Shown here one piece after another: positions 36,601 to 46,600 of a stretch of 51,247 nucleotides of DNA. The DNA is from a virus (lineage: Duplodnaviria; Caudoviricetes). Location of the stretch: positions 1-51,247 of IMG/VR virus record IMGVR_UViG_3300005261_000065, one strand, 5' to 3'. How positions within the stretch are numbered: position 1 is the first letter of the stretch; every line of letters starts with the position of its first letter. A program made the position numbers and the translations under genes. A model generated the notes under the pieces. It made no database searches and was not told where the DNA came from. It was given only the letters and a program-made list of their open reading frames with translations.

Positions 36601-37060
36601 CCGCGAGGGGAAGGATTTCGAAGGCCGTTCTGGAATCTCGGCCCAGAAACTGGACGGCAAGAAGCCGATTGTGGCCTATGGCCCGAATGACAAGATCAGC
36701 GCCGCGATCATCTTCCCGGCCGGATCGGAAGTCGGCAAGGGCCAGCAGCCGAACGAAGTCAAGGTCAACGCCGGGACGGCCGTCAAGGATCTGCGTTTTG
36801 TGATCGATGGGTATAAGGAAGTCCTCAGCCTGGATGATCTGCGTTCGGCAGTTGCCGAAAAGTCTCCCCCGGTTAACCGGTCCCCGGTCCCCGGTCCCGA
36901 GTCGCCGATGGCAACCTACACCATGATTCGCCGCCGTCCGGGCGGCAAGGGGTGGGAGCGGGCCAAAATAGAGGCCCCCGCGCATGAAGCCCTGCATGCG
37001 CTGGACGACCGTCTGGAGATGCTGCAAAACCTGCTGGCATGCGTGGGAGGCAAACGATGA
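33662..37060 (+). CDS. large internal virion/ejection protein (1132 aa) with heptamer-encoded linkers
   Basis: Gly/Ala-rich membrane-like N-half (GAGQEALQ); GTRDRGLGTGDQG and PVPGPQSP linkers. Confidence 0.75.
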   Translation: MHDSNTYTPRNFLEPHPASVSQPMNYQDRDFTTSPTSQVDATPQPEKKGILSDVIPHFAIGANKYVSLPIAGMMQIAGDITGSNGLSQAGENMAGNAEAYIAEKERESPTQRFQDIASPGDAARWAVQQGTEMAPQIVAGMVAGGAGAAAGRALAPALTRTGIASAETLAGLGGKEAAGIAGEYGAELGAQHALALRGAQAAQIANPLAMESSTVYQGMKDGEKDPYRALTYGALAALPDVVVPSYILEKTGAYKALPGMRGLLEETPLLGSGQKLTLGQRAKDVAKTIATATSGGAGQEALQTTLERIGSREQLQSDEARKNGFWKTVYDKGLKAAVHPDTWDDIIESSAAGGLMGGMEAIGGHGLGHLAEARQQKIRERETGTGDQENISPVPGPQPPAPNNVQTPGSSSGETAATPAGQEAPPVQPGVLDQAPGARDRGAVLNEDIPGFAAGTQTVETPGNTLPPFQVPGPRSPVADGPLAHSLAAGGIATLPVLDQTPVARPVANQALQRGIAGNLPGPVVDAEYSEVYPALPAPPSEMVKARTWANDQIAAGKTYLMQNRGVSDEQHAVRILEEYRKAGTRDRGLGTGDQGIRDRGLGTGEGNKIGIADILPGMQGAGAGQVDRTGVGVPPLQGEVGGKGSDHRQSGGIEAGTGNRGPGTGKNVNPAVPKAPKNRQLDTSTDSLIVAIAKLGGISRADIDSQMGEGAHLARTLNTLAGKEAKTFLHVISTKGQPLDRMRESLVEHGYLPEDADINTLLNRLNDSQRGTVYRSSQADHSAVAEDAYNAEVQRLSEEYAELPPEEVVAAVEAVVSEAEHIAEESTSQEVLNEALSFFDQFIEENSSEVATAETQAVPDGDVQDLRAKVEEPGAKRGPGTGDQGPVEPGTRGNEQGTSKVSLVPGPQSPIPDKSPVPSHVVNAVDTPRDVPQSVSLATKQQTKDTLNEKLKAGEIETSSPIRLTTVEELHDILESGKLREGKDFEGRSGISAQKLDGKKPIVAYGPNDKISAAIIFPAGSEVGKGQQPNEVKVNAGTAVKDLRFVIDGYKEVLSLDDLRSAVAEKSPPVNRSPVPGPESPMATYTMIRRRPGGKGWERAKIEAPAHEALHALDDRLEMLQNLLACVGGKR
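34792..34867. repeat. intragenic inverted heptamer arrays
   Basis: GGAACCG GGGACCA ... CAGTCCC CGGTCCC CAGCCCC CGGCCCC. Confidence 0.8.
35411..35474 (+). repeat. intragenic heptamer array (9 units)
   Basis: GGGACCA GGGACCG GGGACTG GGGACCG GGGATCA GGGAATCA GGGACCG GGGACTA GGGACCG. Confidence 0.9.
35630..35657 (+). repeat. intragenic heptamer array (4 units)
   Basis: GGGACCG GGAACCG GGGACCA GGGACCG. Confidence 0.85.
36294..36420. repeat. intragenic inverted heptamer arrays
   Basis: GGGACCA/G units followed by TGGTCCC CGGTCCC CAGTCCC CGATCCC units. Confidence 0.85.
36878..36903 (-). repeat. intragenic heptamer array (reverse)
   Basis: CGGTCCC CGGTCCC CGGTCCC. Confidence 0.8.
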
Positions 37061-37374
37061 GTGGTGCGGAACGGGACGTGTTACTGATAGCCCGACAAAA
37101 GCTTCGCGGAACTCTCCAGGAACACGAATACTTCCCCGACGACAATGAGCAGACGGAGACGCCCCCGCCGGATGAGCAGGCAATCGCCCTTCAGAAACTG
37201 GCCCAGGCGATAACCGATATGGCAAACCGGCAGCCGGATCCCGTTATTGTTGATACCAGCCCGATTGCCGAGGCAATCAGCGGCATGAATACCCAAAAGA
37301 AGCGCAAGTGGGAGTTTGACGTTGTTCTGCACGAAAATGGCCGTTTGAAAAAAATCATCGCGACGGAAGTATGA
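37057..37374 (+). CDS. hypothetical protein
   Basis: ATGA overlap; KWEFDV...NGRLKKIIA. Confidence 0.65.
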   Translation: MSGAERDVLLIARQKLRGTLQEHEYFPDDNEQTETPPPDEQAIALQKLAQAITDMANRQPDPVIVDTSPIAEAISGMNTQKKRKWEFDVVLHENGRLKKIIATEV

Positions 37375-37396
37375 CCATTCAATACAGGAGGCAAAC

Positions 37397-37804
37397 ATGA
37401 GCAAGTCCAACGCAACAGAGAATGATGTCCTGAAGATGATGCTGCAGGGGGTCGACCCGGCCTGGAGAGCGGCGGCCACGATCTATGTGGCGCTCTATAC
37501 CGCCGACCCGGGGGAAGCCGGTACGGCGATAACGAGCGAAGCCACCTATGGCGGCTATGCCCGTGTCGGCGTGACAAAGGCAAGCGGGTGGACGGACGGT
37601 GGTTCCACATTCAGCAATGCGGCGTTGATACAGTTCCCGCAGTGCACCAGCGGCACCAACGCCATAACGCATTTCGGCGTAGTGACGACCGCATCAGGGG
37701 CGGGGCAACTACTCACCTCCGGCGCCCTATCATCAACACTGAATGTTTCGTCCGGAATCCAGCCACAGTTCGCTGCGGGGCAACTTACCGTAACCGAGGA
37801 CTAG
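37397..37804 (+). CDS. phage tail fibre-associated protein
   Basis: YVALYTADPGEAG...YARV...NAALIQFP...ITHFG...PQFAAGQL. Confidence 0.8.
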   Translation: MSKSNATENDVLKMMLQGVDPAWRAAATIYVALYTADPGEAGTAITSEATYGGYARVGVTKASGWTDGGSTFSNAALIQFPQCTSGTNAITHFGVVTTASGAGQLLTSGALSSTLNVSSGIQPQFAAGQLTVTED

Positions 37805-37813
37805 GAGAGCTGC

Positions 37814-38680
37814 ATGGGCCTCAAGAGCTTTAAAGGTTTGATCGACGCCTATGACGACGGCCGGACAAAACTGACCAGTTGGCGTAAGCAGCCAACCCAG
37901 ACTACCGCGGCCGGAATCTGGTACGACTTGTCCATGTCGCCGGGAAACCCGGTGCCAAACTATTATGCCGCGGCTCCTGGCGAATTGAAGACCCTGGCTC
38001 GTAGCACGGATTACGGGATAGATCATGGCGGCCCGGTTGCCCCGCTCACAAAACACCTCAAACAGTTTATGGCGCTTACTACAACCGCCACCGCCGTGCC
38101 GCTTCCGGTAATTCTCTGTGACTACTTGGGATATTATCCGTTCTTGGATATGTCGGTTGCCGGTGGAGAGTTTCAGGCGGTGGTGAACAATGCTGCTCTC
38201 ACACGTTCCGTCACCGGTAAAGGCGTCCAGATCATGGCAATAGAGGTGGCATCGCAGATCGGCGGGGCGCAATTCTATGTAACCTACACCAACCAAAGCG
38301 GAATCTCTGGCCGGGTTACAGCCACCGCCACCTGTAATACCCAGTGGTCGAATGGCACTGTTATTACGTCCGCCCCGAACACAGCAGGCAGCGCGGGACC
38401 GTTTCTATCCCTTCAGCCCGGAGACACCGGGGTGCGATCGATCGAGGGGGTGACCTTCCTCGGAGCGGGGGATGTGGGCCTGATATCGCTCGTGCTGGTT
38501 AAGCCATTAGCAAGCCATTCGATTCTTGAAATTACCGCTCCGGCGGAGCGGGACTATTCAACCGATTCCCCGTGTCTGCCGGTTATCGACGACGATGCCT
38601 ATCTCAATCTACTATGCTGCCCCAGCGGCACTCTGTCGGGCGCCCCGATTCATGGCCTCGCCGAATTTGTCTGGGGATAA
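37814..38680 (+). CDS. virion structural protein (paralog A)
   Basis: AGIWYDLS, GPFLSLQPGDTGVRS, ends FVWG. Confidence 0.7.
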   Translation: MGLKSFKGLIDAYDDGRTKLTSWRKQPTQTTAAGIWYDLSMSPGNPVPNYYAAAPGELKTLARSTDYGIDHGGPVAPLTKHLKQFMALTTTATAVPLPVILCDYLGYYPFLDMSVAGGEFQAVVNNAALTRSVTGKGVQIMAIEVASQIGGAQFYVTYTNQSGISGRVTATATCNTQWSNGTVITSAPNTAGSAGPFLSLQPGDTGVRSIEGVTFLGAGDVGLISLVLVKPLASHSILEITAPAERDYSTDSPCLPVIDDDAYLNLLCCPSGTLSGAPIHGLAEFVWG

Positions 38681-38691
38681 GGAGCAATGCC

Positions 38692-39593
38692 ATGCCCGGT
38701 TTCAACTCGCTGGATAATTTTATCAACAATCTGTCGGCGCTCGGTAATACGTGGCGAACCGATTGGAACAAGCTCACCTTCGGCACTACCGCCCATACCG
38801 CCGGTATGTGGTACCTGTTGAGTCAGACGGGCGGCAATCCGGCCGCATCATCGGTTCTGGGTAGCGGCACCAACCTGGCGTTTCAGCAACTGTTGGAAAG
38901 CAGCGCCACGGCGGCCGGAATCCAGCATGGCGGGGATGTCACGGATTTCAAGGTGATCGTGAATGCTTCCGCTTTTTCAGCGGCGGCCACTTCCATGCCT
39001 GCTATATTCATGTTGGTAGATCTGCTCGGGTTTTATCCGATCACCACGGTCACGACCACCGGAGCACAAACGTTGAACAACACCGTCACGCTTCCGAGCC
39101 GGGACAGAACTGGCAGCGCCAACGGGGTCGGTGTCCAGGCGCTGGTTGTCCCGTCAACCGTCATGGGGGCGGCAACCCCTACCATAACACTGACGTATAC
39201 CAACGCGGCCGGTACAGCCGGTAAAACCACCCCGAGCTCTCCTGCCCTTCCAGCCGGTAACAGCGCGGCAGCGGTTACCAGCGTTGTTTATTCCGGTACA
39301 GGCTCGGGAAAATACGGCCCGTTCGTCCCGCTGGCCAACGGCGACACCGGTATTCGTTCGGTGCAATCCATCAACCTGTCGGCGTCCTAGTACTGAACCT
39401 GATCCTCTGCCGTCCGCTCCTGACGCTCCCCATGACCACCATCGGTGTCGCCTGCGAACGGGATCTATTGAACCAGGTGCCGAGCCTGCCGCGCGTTTAT
39501 AATGGCGCCTGCCTGGCCTGGCTGATGTATGCCGGAGCCGCCACGCCAGTCAACTCATCGTTCTACGGACACTTGGATTTCGCGTGGGCATAG
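38692..39593 (+). pseudogene. frameshifted virion structural protein (paralog B)
   Basis: Frame stops at TAG 39388-90; similarity to paralog A resumes in the -1 frame from 39390 (VLNLILCRPLL...ERDLLNQVPSLP...GHLDFAWA*). Confidence 0.8.
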
Positions 39594-39603
39594 TGAGGCC
39601 GGC

Positions 39604-40476
39604 ATGCTGATCGGGAACTATTCGGTTTTGAATAAAACCCCCGGCCGATGGGTATCGGGCGGGTCCACAGCGGGTACGAATCAGGCCCAATCGCGGGCCA
39701 ACTGGGGCAAAACCGGCTCGATCCGGGGATTTTCGCTGCAGCATGGCAATGCCACCGCTCTCAAACTCCATGGCGTGCCGACCGGTTATTATACCGGCTG
39801 GATGCTCCCTATTACCGCTGGGTCGCTGAGCAGTAATTACAACGCCATTGGTGCCAGCGTGCTGGCTGGTGCCATGGCGGCCGGAATCAATATCACTGGT
39901 TCCCTGGCGGGTTCAGAGTTGGCTGTCGCCATTGGTCAACTGATTGTATCCGCCGGTGGTGCTGCCACCGGCAGCACCACCTTGTCGGGTAACGTTGTGG
40001 CGTCGCTGGCGGCCACTGGTTACGCCAATGGATCGGGCACGGCAACTGCCAATATCGGCGCCTTGGTCTGGGGTTCGGGATCGGCGGCCGGCGTGGGTGA
40101 TGCGACACTTGTCAGTTACGCGACGGGCAGGCTGTCCGGTTCGATTACCCCATTCACCGAGCTTTCGCCCCAGAGCTTGGCGGCCGCCGTCTGGAATGAA
40201 CTGATAGCAAATCATCAGGAACCCGGCAGTATGGGGGCCGCTCTCTATGGAGCCGGCGGAGGAACGACGCCGGAATCAATCTGGGGCTACCTGATCGATG
40301 GCGGCTATTCCGCCGAGGATATCGTTCGTCTGCTGGCGGCGGCAATGGCCGGCAAGGTTTACGGAGCGGAGACGGCAACGGTTAGGTTCCGTAATCTGGC
40401 GGATACGACGGACGCGATCACCGCAACGGTGGATGGTGCAGGCAACCGGACCGCCATTTCCTATGATGTTCAGTAA
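39604..40476 (+). CDS. Gly/Ala-rich virion structural protein
   Basis: LSPQSLAAAVW, LLAAAMAGKV, ATVDGAGNRT. Confidence 0.7.
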   Translation: MLIGNYSVLNKTPGRWVSGGSTAGTNQAQSRANWGKTGSIRGFSLQHGNATALKLHGVPTGYYTGWMLPITAGSLSSNYNAIGASVLAGAMAAGINITGSLAGSELAVAIGQLIVSAGGAATGSTTLSGNVVASLAATGYANGSGTATANIGALVWGSGSAAGVGDATLVSYATGRLSGSITPFTELSPQSLAAAVWNELIANHQEPGSMGAALYGAGGGTTPESIWGYLIDGGYSAEDIVRLLAAAMAGKVYGAETATVRFRNLADTTDAITATVDGAGNRTAISYDVQ

Positions 40477-40687
40477 GTCGTATTTCAGCAACCGGTATTT
40501 CTCGGTTTATTTCCAGGTACCGCGCTACTCGGAACCGCAAGGCCAGCTTGGTGACTCGCCGCAAGCCGGTGGCGGCGGTTATGCCGTATGGAACAGGGTC
40601 GAGCCTGACAGGGGTTTCCGGGATTTGTTGCAACAGGATCGGGATATCATCAATTTCGTAATCGGTTTCACCTTAACGCACCTCTGA
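40466..40687 (+). CDS. hypothetical protein
   Basis: MFSKSYFSNRYF aromatic N-terminus; overlaps previous stop. Confidence 0.55.
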   Translation: MFSKSYFSNRYFSVYFQVPRYSEPQGQLGDSPQAGGGGYAVWNRVEPDRGFRDLLQQDRDIINFVIGFTLTHL

Positions 40688-40698
40688 GGGGATGAAAT

Positions 40699-43600
40699 AT
40701 GGCAATCAGAAAGAAGGGCCTGGCGGGCACCCCGTGTTTCAGTAAAATTCCGGAGCTGGTCGACCCGATCAGCAAAAGCCCGTCGCCGATTACGCGGGAT
40801 ATACAGCAATGGACCGACGCATATGTCGACTCCGGTATGACCGGTAAGGAAGCGATTATCAAGGCAGTGGAGGATTGTATCCGCTTGGTGGAGGTTGAAC
40901 GAACGGAAATTCATAAGTTGATTGGCCAGAAAGGAGAGTCGATAAATGATTCACAACCGCGAGAAACCGCCGAAATAATGCGGGAGACAGGGATCAGGGA
41001 CCAGGGACCAGGAAAAGAAAACCAACCCCCAGTCCCCGGTCCCCAGTCCCCGGTTGACCAGGCTGCCCACGAAGCGGCCACCTCTCCCGCCAACGAGATC
41101 CCCGAACCGACGCAGGCCCAGATTGAGGCCGGCAACTACAAGAAAGGACATGTTGATTTCCAGGGGCTGGATATCTCGATCGAGAACCCGGCCGGATCGA
41201 TGCGCAAGGGCGTCGACACCAACGGGAAGGCATGGGAAACCGAACTGGCGCATCATTACGGCTACATCAAGGGGACCATCGGCAGGGACAAGGATCATAT
41301 TGACGTCTTCATCGGCCCCGAGCATGACAGCGAAAAGGTTTTCGTGGTCGACCAGATCGACCCGGCCAGCAAGAAATTCGATGAGCACAAGGTCATGCTG
41401 GGCTTCGATTCGCTTGCCTCCGCGCGTGCCGGATACCTGGCCAATTACGACAAGAGCGGCAAGAGCAGGATCGGGGCGATTACCGAGAGTTCGCTGGATG
41501 AGTTCAAGCAGTGGTTGAAGGATGGGGATACCAAGCGGGAGTTTGCGTCGGCTGTCGAAAAAGCCGCGACGAGCGGGCCGTCAGCCGCTCCGATCAAATC
41601 TGAATCAAAAAACAAAGTCGTCGACGCCGGCGAAGAACTTACCTACAACAAGCGCAACCGCATCAAATCCGGTATCAAGTGGGCCGATGTCCAGGACAAA
41701 AACGATGCCCTGAAAGCCAGGGAAGTACAAAAAGGCAACGTCTATCCCAAACCGGATTACGAGGCGCTGGTGACGGACGGCATGGAGCCGATCGTGGCGC
41801 ATATAGTCAAACAGGTCTATGACTCCATCGCCGCCAAGCCGGATGTGCGTGGCATCGCCAGTGACGCCGACTTCCAGACCTATATCACGGCCGTCAACCG
41901 GGTTATGGAGGGCGCCCTGAGGTGGGCCAACGACAAGGCGGCCGTGGCGGCCTGGGTCGGGAAGCAAGCCAAGAGCGCCGGCGCCATGCTGGGCCGTTCG
42001 ACCAGCCTTTCCGACTTGACTCCCTCGACCAGCCTGTACGATACGATCTATCCCGGCGGCTGGCGTGAATTCAGTAGCGAGGTCCATATACTGGGCGGCA
42101 ACAAGGCCCTTAAGGCGCTGCAACCAGGATATAACGAGACCAGGCGGGCAATCAAGGAGATTGATCTTGGCTGGCCTGCAAAAACCGAGGCCTGGCAGCG
42201 GCAGGGGTACAAGATCGTTTCTTCAGACGGCTTCGAGGTTAAAGAGGTTCCCCAAGGCAAAGACCGCGGTAGCATCTTCTTCGTGCGCAAACCCACTGGC
42301 AGCGGCAACTATCAGTATCTGGATGCCGCCCACTTCTATTCCCGAGACGAAGCGCAGAAGTACCTGGACGACATGAAACCAGCGCTGCTCTTCAATAAGC
42401 GCGGCCGGCTGGTAGATTCTTTCGATACGGAGGATCTGGCTAAAGATGCGGCTCGCAACGCGATCAAGAAGGAGGACAGCGGGGCGACGATCAAGGAGCG
42501 CGGCATGAACGTGGCCGATGCCGAGCGCACCGGACCGCGGCACCGCGAAGAGGGGGAGGATATCACAGCCGAGAAGCTGATGGACACGATTGGCTTCAAG
42601 GGCGTCAACTTCGGCAACTGGGTACCCAACGACGAGCGTCAGATGCACCTGAACCATGCCTATGATTCCTTCCTCGATCTGGCCGATGTCCTCAATCTTC
42701 CTCCCCGGGCGCTGTCGCTGAACGGCATGCTCGGCTTGGCGATCGGCGCCCAGGGTTCCGGCTCGTATGCCGCGCACTTCGTGCCGGGTGTCAACGAGAT
42801 CAACATCACCCGCACCATGGGCGCCGGCAGCGTGGCGCACGAATGGGCGCACGCCGTCGATCATTATTTCGCGACACAGGCCGGTTTTGCCGGTGCCGGT
42901 GCCCCCTGGATGACGGTCCTGCAGAAGAACGGCGCAAAGGGAGAAGTCCGCCCGGAGATCATCAAGGCGATCAGCGATATCGTGCAGACCATGCAAAAAC
43001 GGGAGGCGACTCCGGAGGAACTGGCGGTCCGGGCGAAGACGGCGGAGGAGTCCGGCCGCCGAAAGCTGGAAAGCTGGTTGAAATATTTCGAAAAGGAGTT
43101 TTCCGGCAACGAATCAGCCGCGGGTGAGTTGGCAGTGCTGATGGACAGTATCCGCAAGGGGGATTACCAGCGCGGCGAAGAGGCCTATGTCACCATAGTT
43201 CCCGGCCGTGGCCGCAGCATGGGCACCGCCGTGCTCTCGATCGTGGCCGACGTGCGCGATCTGGCCAAGAAGTACAAGCTCCGCATCCCGACCGATAACA
43301 TCAAGGCGCTGCACAGCAACGTTGCCTACGTGAAATTCCTGGAGGACAGGGAAGAAGGCGATCACAAGCCGCAGTTGACAATGACCAAGTTCCAGGCCGC
43401 AGCCAACAAGCTGGATGCGGAGAGGGGGAAAACATCCAAGCCTTACTGGTCGACGCCGCTGGAGATGTTTGCGCGGGCTTTCGATTCCTATGTAACCGAC
43501 AAGCTGGAAGCCAAGGCACAGGCCAATTCGTACCTCTCGCACACCGGGCGGGAGAGCGATACCGTGCCGATGGGTGACGAGCGCAAGACGATCAACGCCG

Positions 43601-46600
43601 CCTTTGACAAGCTGATCGGCGAGCTGAAGACGAAGGAGACAGATAAGGGAATTGCTCTCTATAAACAGGCCGCCGATGCGACGGTCACCGGCTTGAAGGT
43701 TTCAGCTATTGCCCATATCCCCGGAAGGCACGGCGAAGCGGTGCAGTCCGTCTCCGATCTGCCCGGGCATGTTCAGGAACAGATGCGGGCCGATGGGGTG
43801 ACTGCGGCGAAGGGGGTCTATGATCCGGTGGCCGACAGGGTTTACCTGGTGGCTGACCATATCGCCGATGCGAAGGAATCCGCCACGCTGGTGCTCTCCC
43901 ACGAGCTGACCCACAAGGGGCTGGCGGCATTGGGCGAGCAGGGCAGGCAGTACCTGAAGGCCATCGCCATCGGGCACCCGAAGGAGATGGCTGCCATAGT
44001 TCAGCAGGCCAAAGAGCAGGGGCGGACTATCAGCAGAATCGATGCCGCCAACGAGTACCTTGCGCGGGAAGGCGAAACGAAGCTCAACCCGAAACTATGG
44101 CAGCGCATTGTCGACCTGGTAAAGGATGCCTGGGCGAAACTGACCGGCAAGCCTGCCGGCGACAAGGAAGTGCGGGAGGTGCTGGCGAAGGTACGGGAGT
44201 CGCTGCAGGAGAGCAGAGACCCCGGTTATATGATGGCGCAGAGCTTCAGGGCCAATATCGCCAAATTCTTCGACGGGAGCGACTACGAGTCCATCCCGCA
44301 TCATTTCGAGGTTGCTATACCTTCCGCCAAGCTGAAGGAAGCCGGAATAACGGCGACCATCCAGCTTAAGAAAACCACCATCAAGCGCAAGATGGGCGAA
44401 GACGCCGACCACGCCTACACTAAGGAGGTACTCAACCAGCTTCCGTCAAGCGTTAATGACCCGATCATGGTTATAGAGCACCCGAACGGGAATAAAGATG
44501 TGGTGACCGGCATGAAGATCAACAACAGACAAGTGCTGGTTGCGATCAAGACGATTCAAGTCGGGCCACAGATGGAAATCGCCTCAATCAGGACGATCTT
44601 CGGGAAACCGGATTCGGCGATACAGGGCTGGTTACGGGGAGGCAGGCGGGTATGGTATGACAAGGAAAAAGCCCATAAATGGCTGGAACTTTCGCGGGCG
44701 ACTACTCAACCCGTCTATCCAGGCATCAATGAGCTTTCTGCTAATAGTATCCCCTTTTCGGATGAGACTGTCAAGAGTTCCGCTGCGCATATTCAGTATA
44801 TGACCGCCTGGCACGGCAGCCCGATCCAGGCAAAGTTCAAACTCGTCGACCGCACCCCCACCGGCATCCGGGCTGAGGATGTCCGCCCCTGGGTCAAGAC
44901 CCTGCCTATTGCCGGCCATGTCAACGTCGTTCAATCCATCGAGGATCTGCCGCCGGCCGCAAGGTCCCAAATTAAGGCAGCGCGTGTCAACCCAAACAGG
45001 GTGAAGGCCATGGAACTACATGGCACGATTTACCTGATTGCTGATAATGTGGAGGACATGCACACCGCCAAGGCTTTGGTGATCGGCCATGAGCTGGCCC
45101 ATGCCGGGCAGACCGAGAAGATTGTGGATTTCGCGGTGGACTGGTTCAAGCGCACCAAGGGCCGCAAGGGGGAACCCTTCGAGAGCGCCCATGCCCTGCT
45201 GGAGCGCATTGCCTACCGCTACGGTTACGACCTGGAGAACGAGGCCCATTACCGCCGGGCAGTGCAGGAGGCCACTGCGGCTATCGCCGAGCGGGTGGCG
45301 GATGGAAAATTTGCCAAAGCCGGATTGATGACGGCGTTGTTCATCCGTATAAAATACTGGCTGCGCAAGGCAGGACTGATCAACCACGTATCGGACAGCG
45401 AGCTTTCCCTGGCCGTGGCGGAGATGTTGAGGATTGGGGAGAAGAGGTTATCGACGGGATTGGGCGGGGAGCAGGCGCAGTTTGCGAAATCTGTTTCGGA
45501 GATCGAAAACATCATTTTGCAGTCGGATCGTCCGGGGAACATTCATCTAAAAGCGGATCTGGGGGAGGCGTCGGCGTGGCTCGCCGATGAAGCAGAAAAA
45601 GCCGGCCTTGAGATTCATGGCTTCAAACACATCATTGATTCTTCCGCTATCCGCCACATCAGAAAACAGCATGGCGACATGGAGAAGGAGGCAAGCCGGG
45701 GACAGATCGGGATTACAGATGCGGACATTCTCAAACTTCCGGAAGTGATAGCGCATCCGGATAAAGTGGCCTTCGGTACAGTAAACAGGATCGGAAGGGA
45801 TCAGATTGTCTATCTGAAAAAACTTGAAGATGGGACAACACTTTACTTCGAGGAAGTCAGAACCGGGAGAAGGGAGCTGGCGGCTGTTACGGTGAGAAAA
45901 TATCCCGCCACGATGGATGCCGTCAGTATCCTGGCGACCCTCAATCCCAACGCCCGAAGCGATGGCGGGAATGAAATTATTATAACAAACGGCCCCGAAC
46001 AGTCAACTAAATACGCTAAGTTCGCCCTCCTGGACGAGTCCATCGCCGCACATGCCGCCAAGATCAGCGCCCCCCAGAAGGTTAGCGACATGACCAAGGG
46101 GCTGTTCGAACTGGTCAGCCAGTCCATCCCCGAGCGTCTGAAAGCCAATATCGGCAAGGTCTTCTCCAATCCCTGGTTCGGCAGCGAAGGTAAACCGATC
46201 CGCCGCAAGGTTGTCAATCTGAACATCGAGCGCAGCCAGAACCGCAACGAGATTATCTCCGACCTGTTCAAGGCGTCCGAGGGGTACAGCGGCGTGGAGG
46301 GGTTGGACAACATCCTCAAAAAGGCCAGCAAGGAGGAGCACAAGCAGTTCAATGAGCTGATCAAGTACGGCGACCGCAACGACGTGGCCCAGGTCTTTAC
46401 CCAGGACGAGCTCTACCGTGGCAAGACCCCCTTCGGCAAACTCTCCCGCAACGTGGTCGAGGCGTACAAGGCGTTCCAGGAGGTCATGCAGGCCGCCAAC
46501 CGAGTCCGTTTCCAGCAGTTGGATGAATTATCCCTCCTCCCATACAAGGATCAGGAGTGGTACGACGACCTGATCGAACTATTGAACGGCAACGCGCAGC

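Noticed and set aside
39388-39390. Amber readthrough or recoding
   Set aside because: Continuation is in another frame and an in-frame TGA follows two codons later
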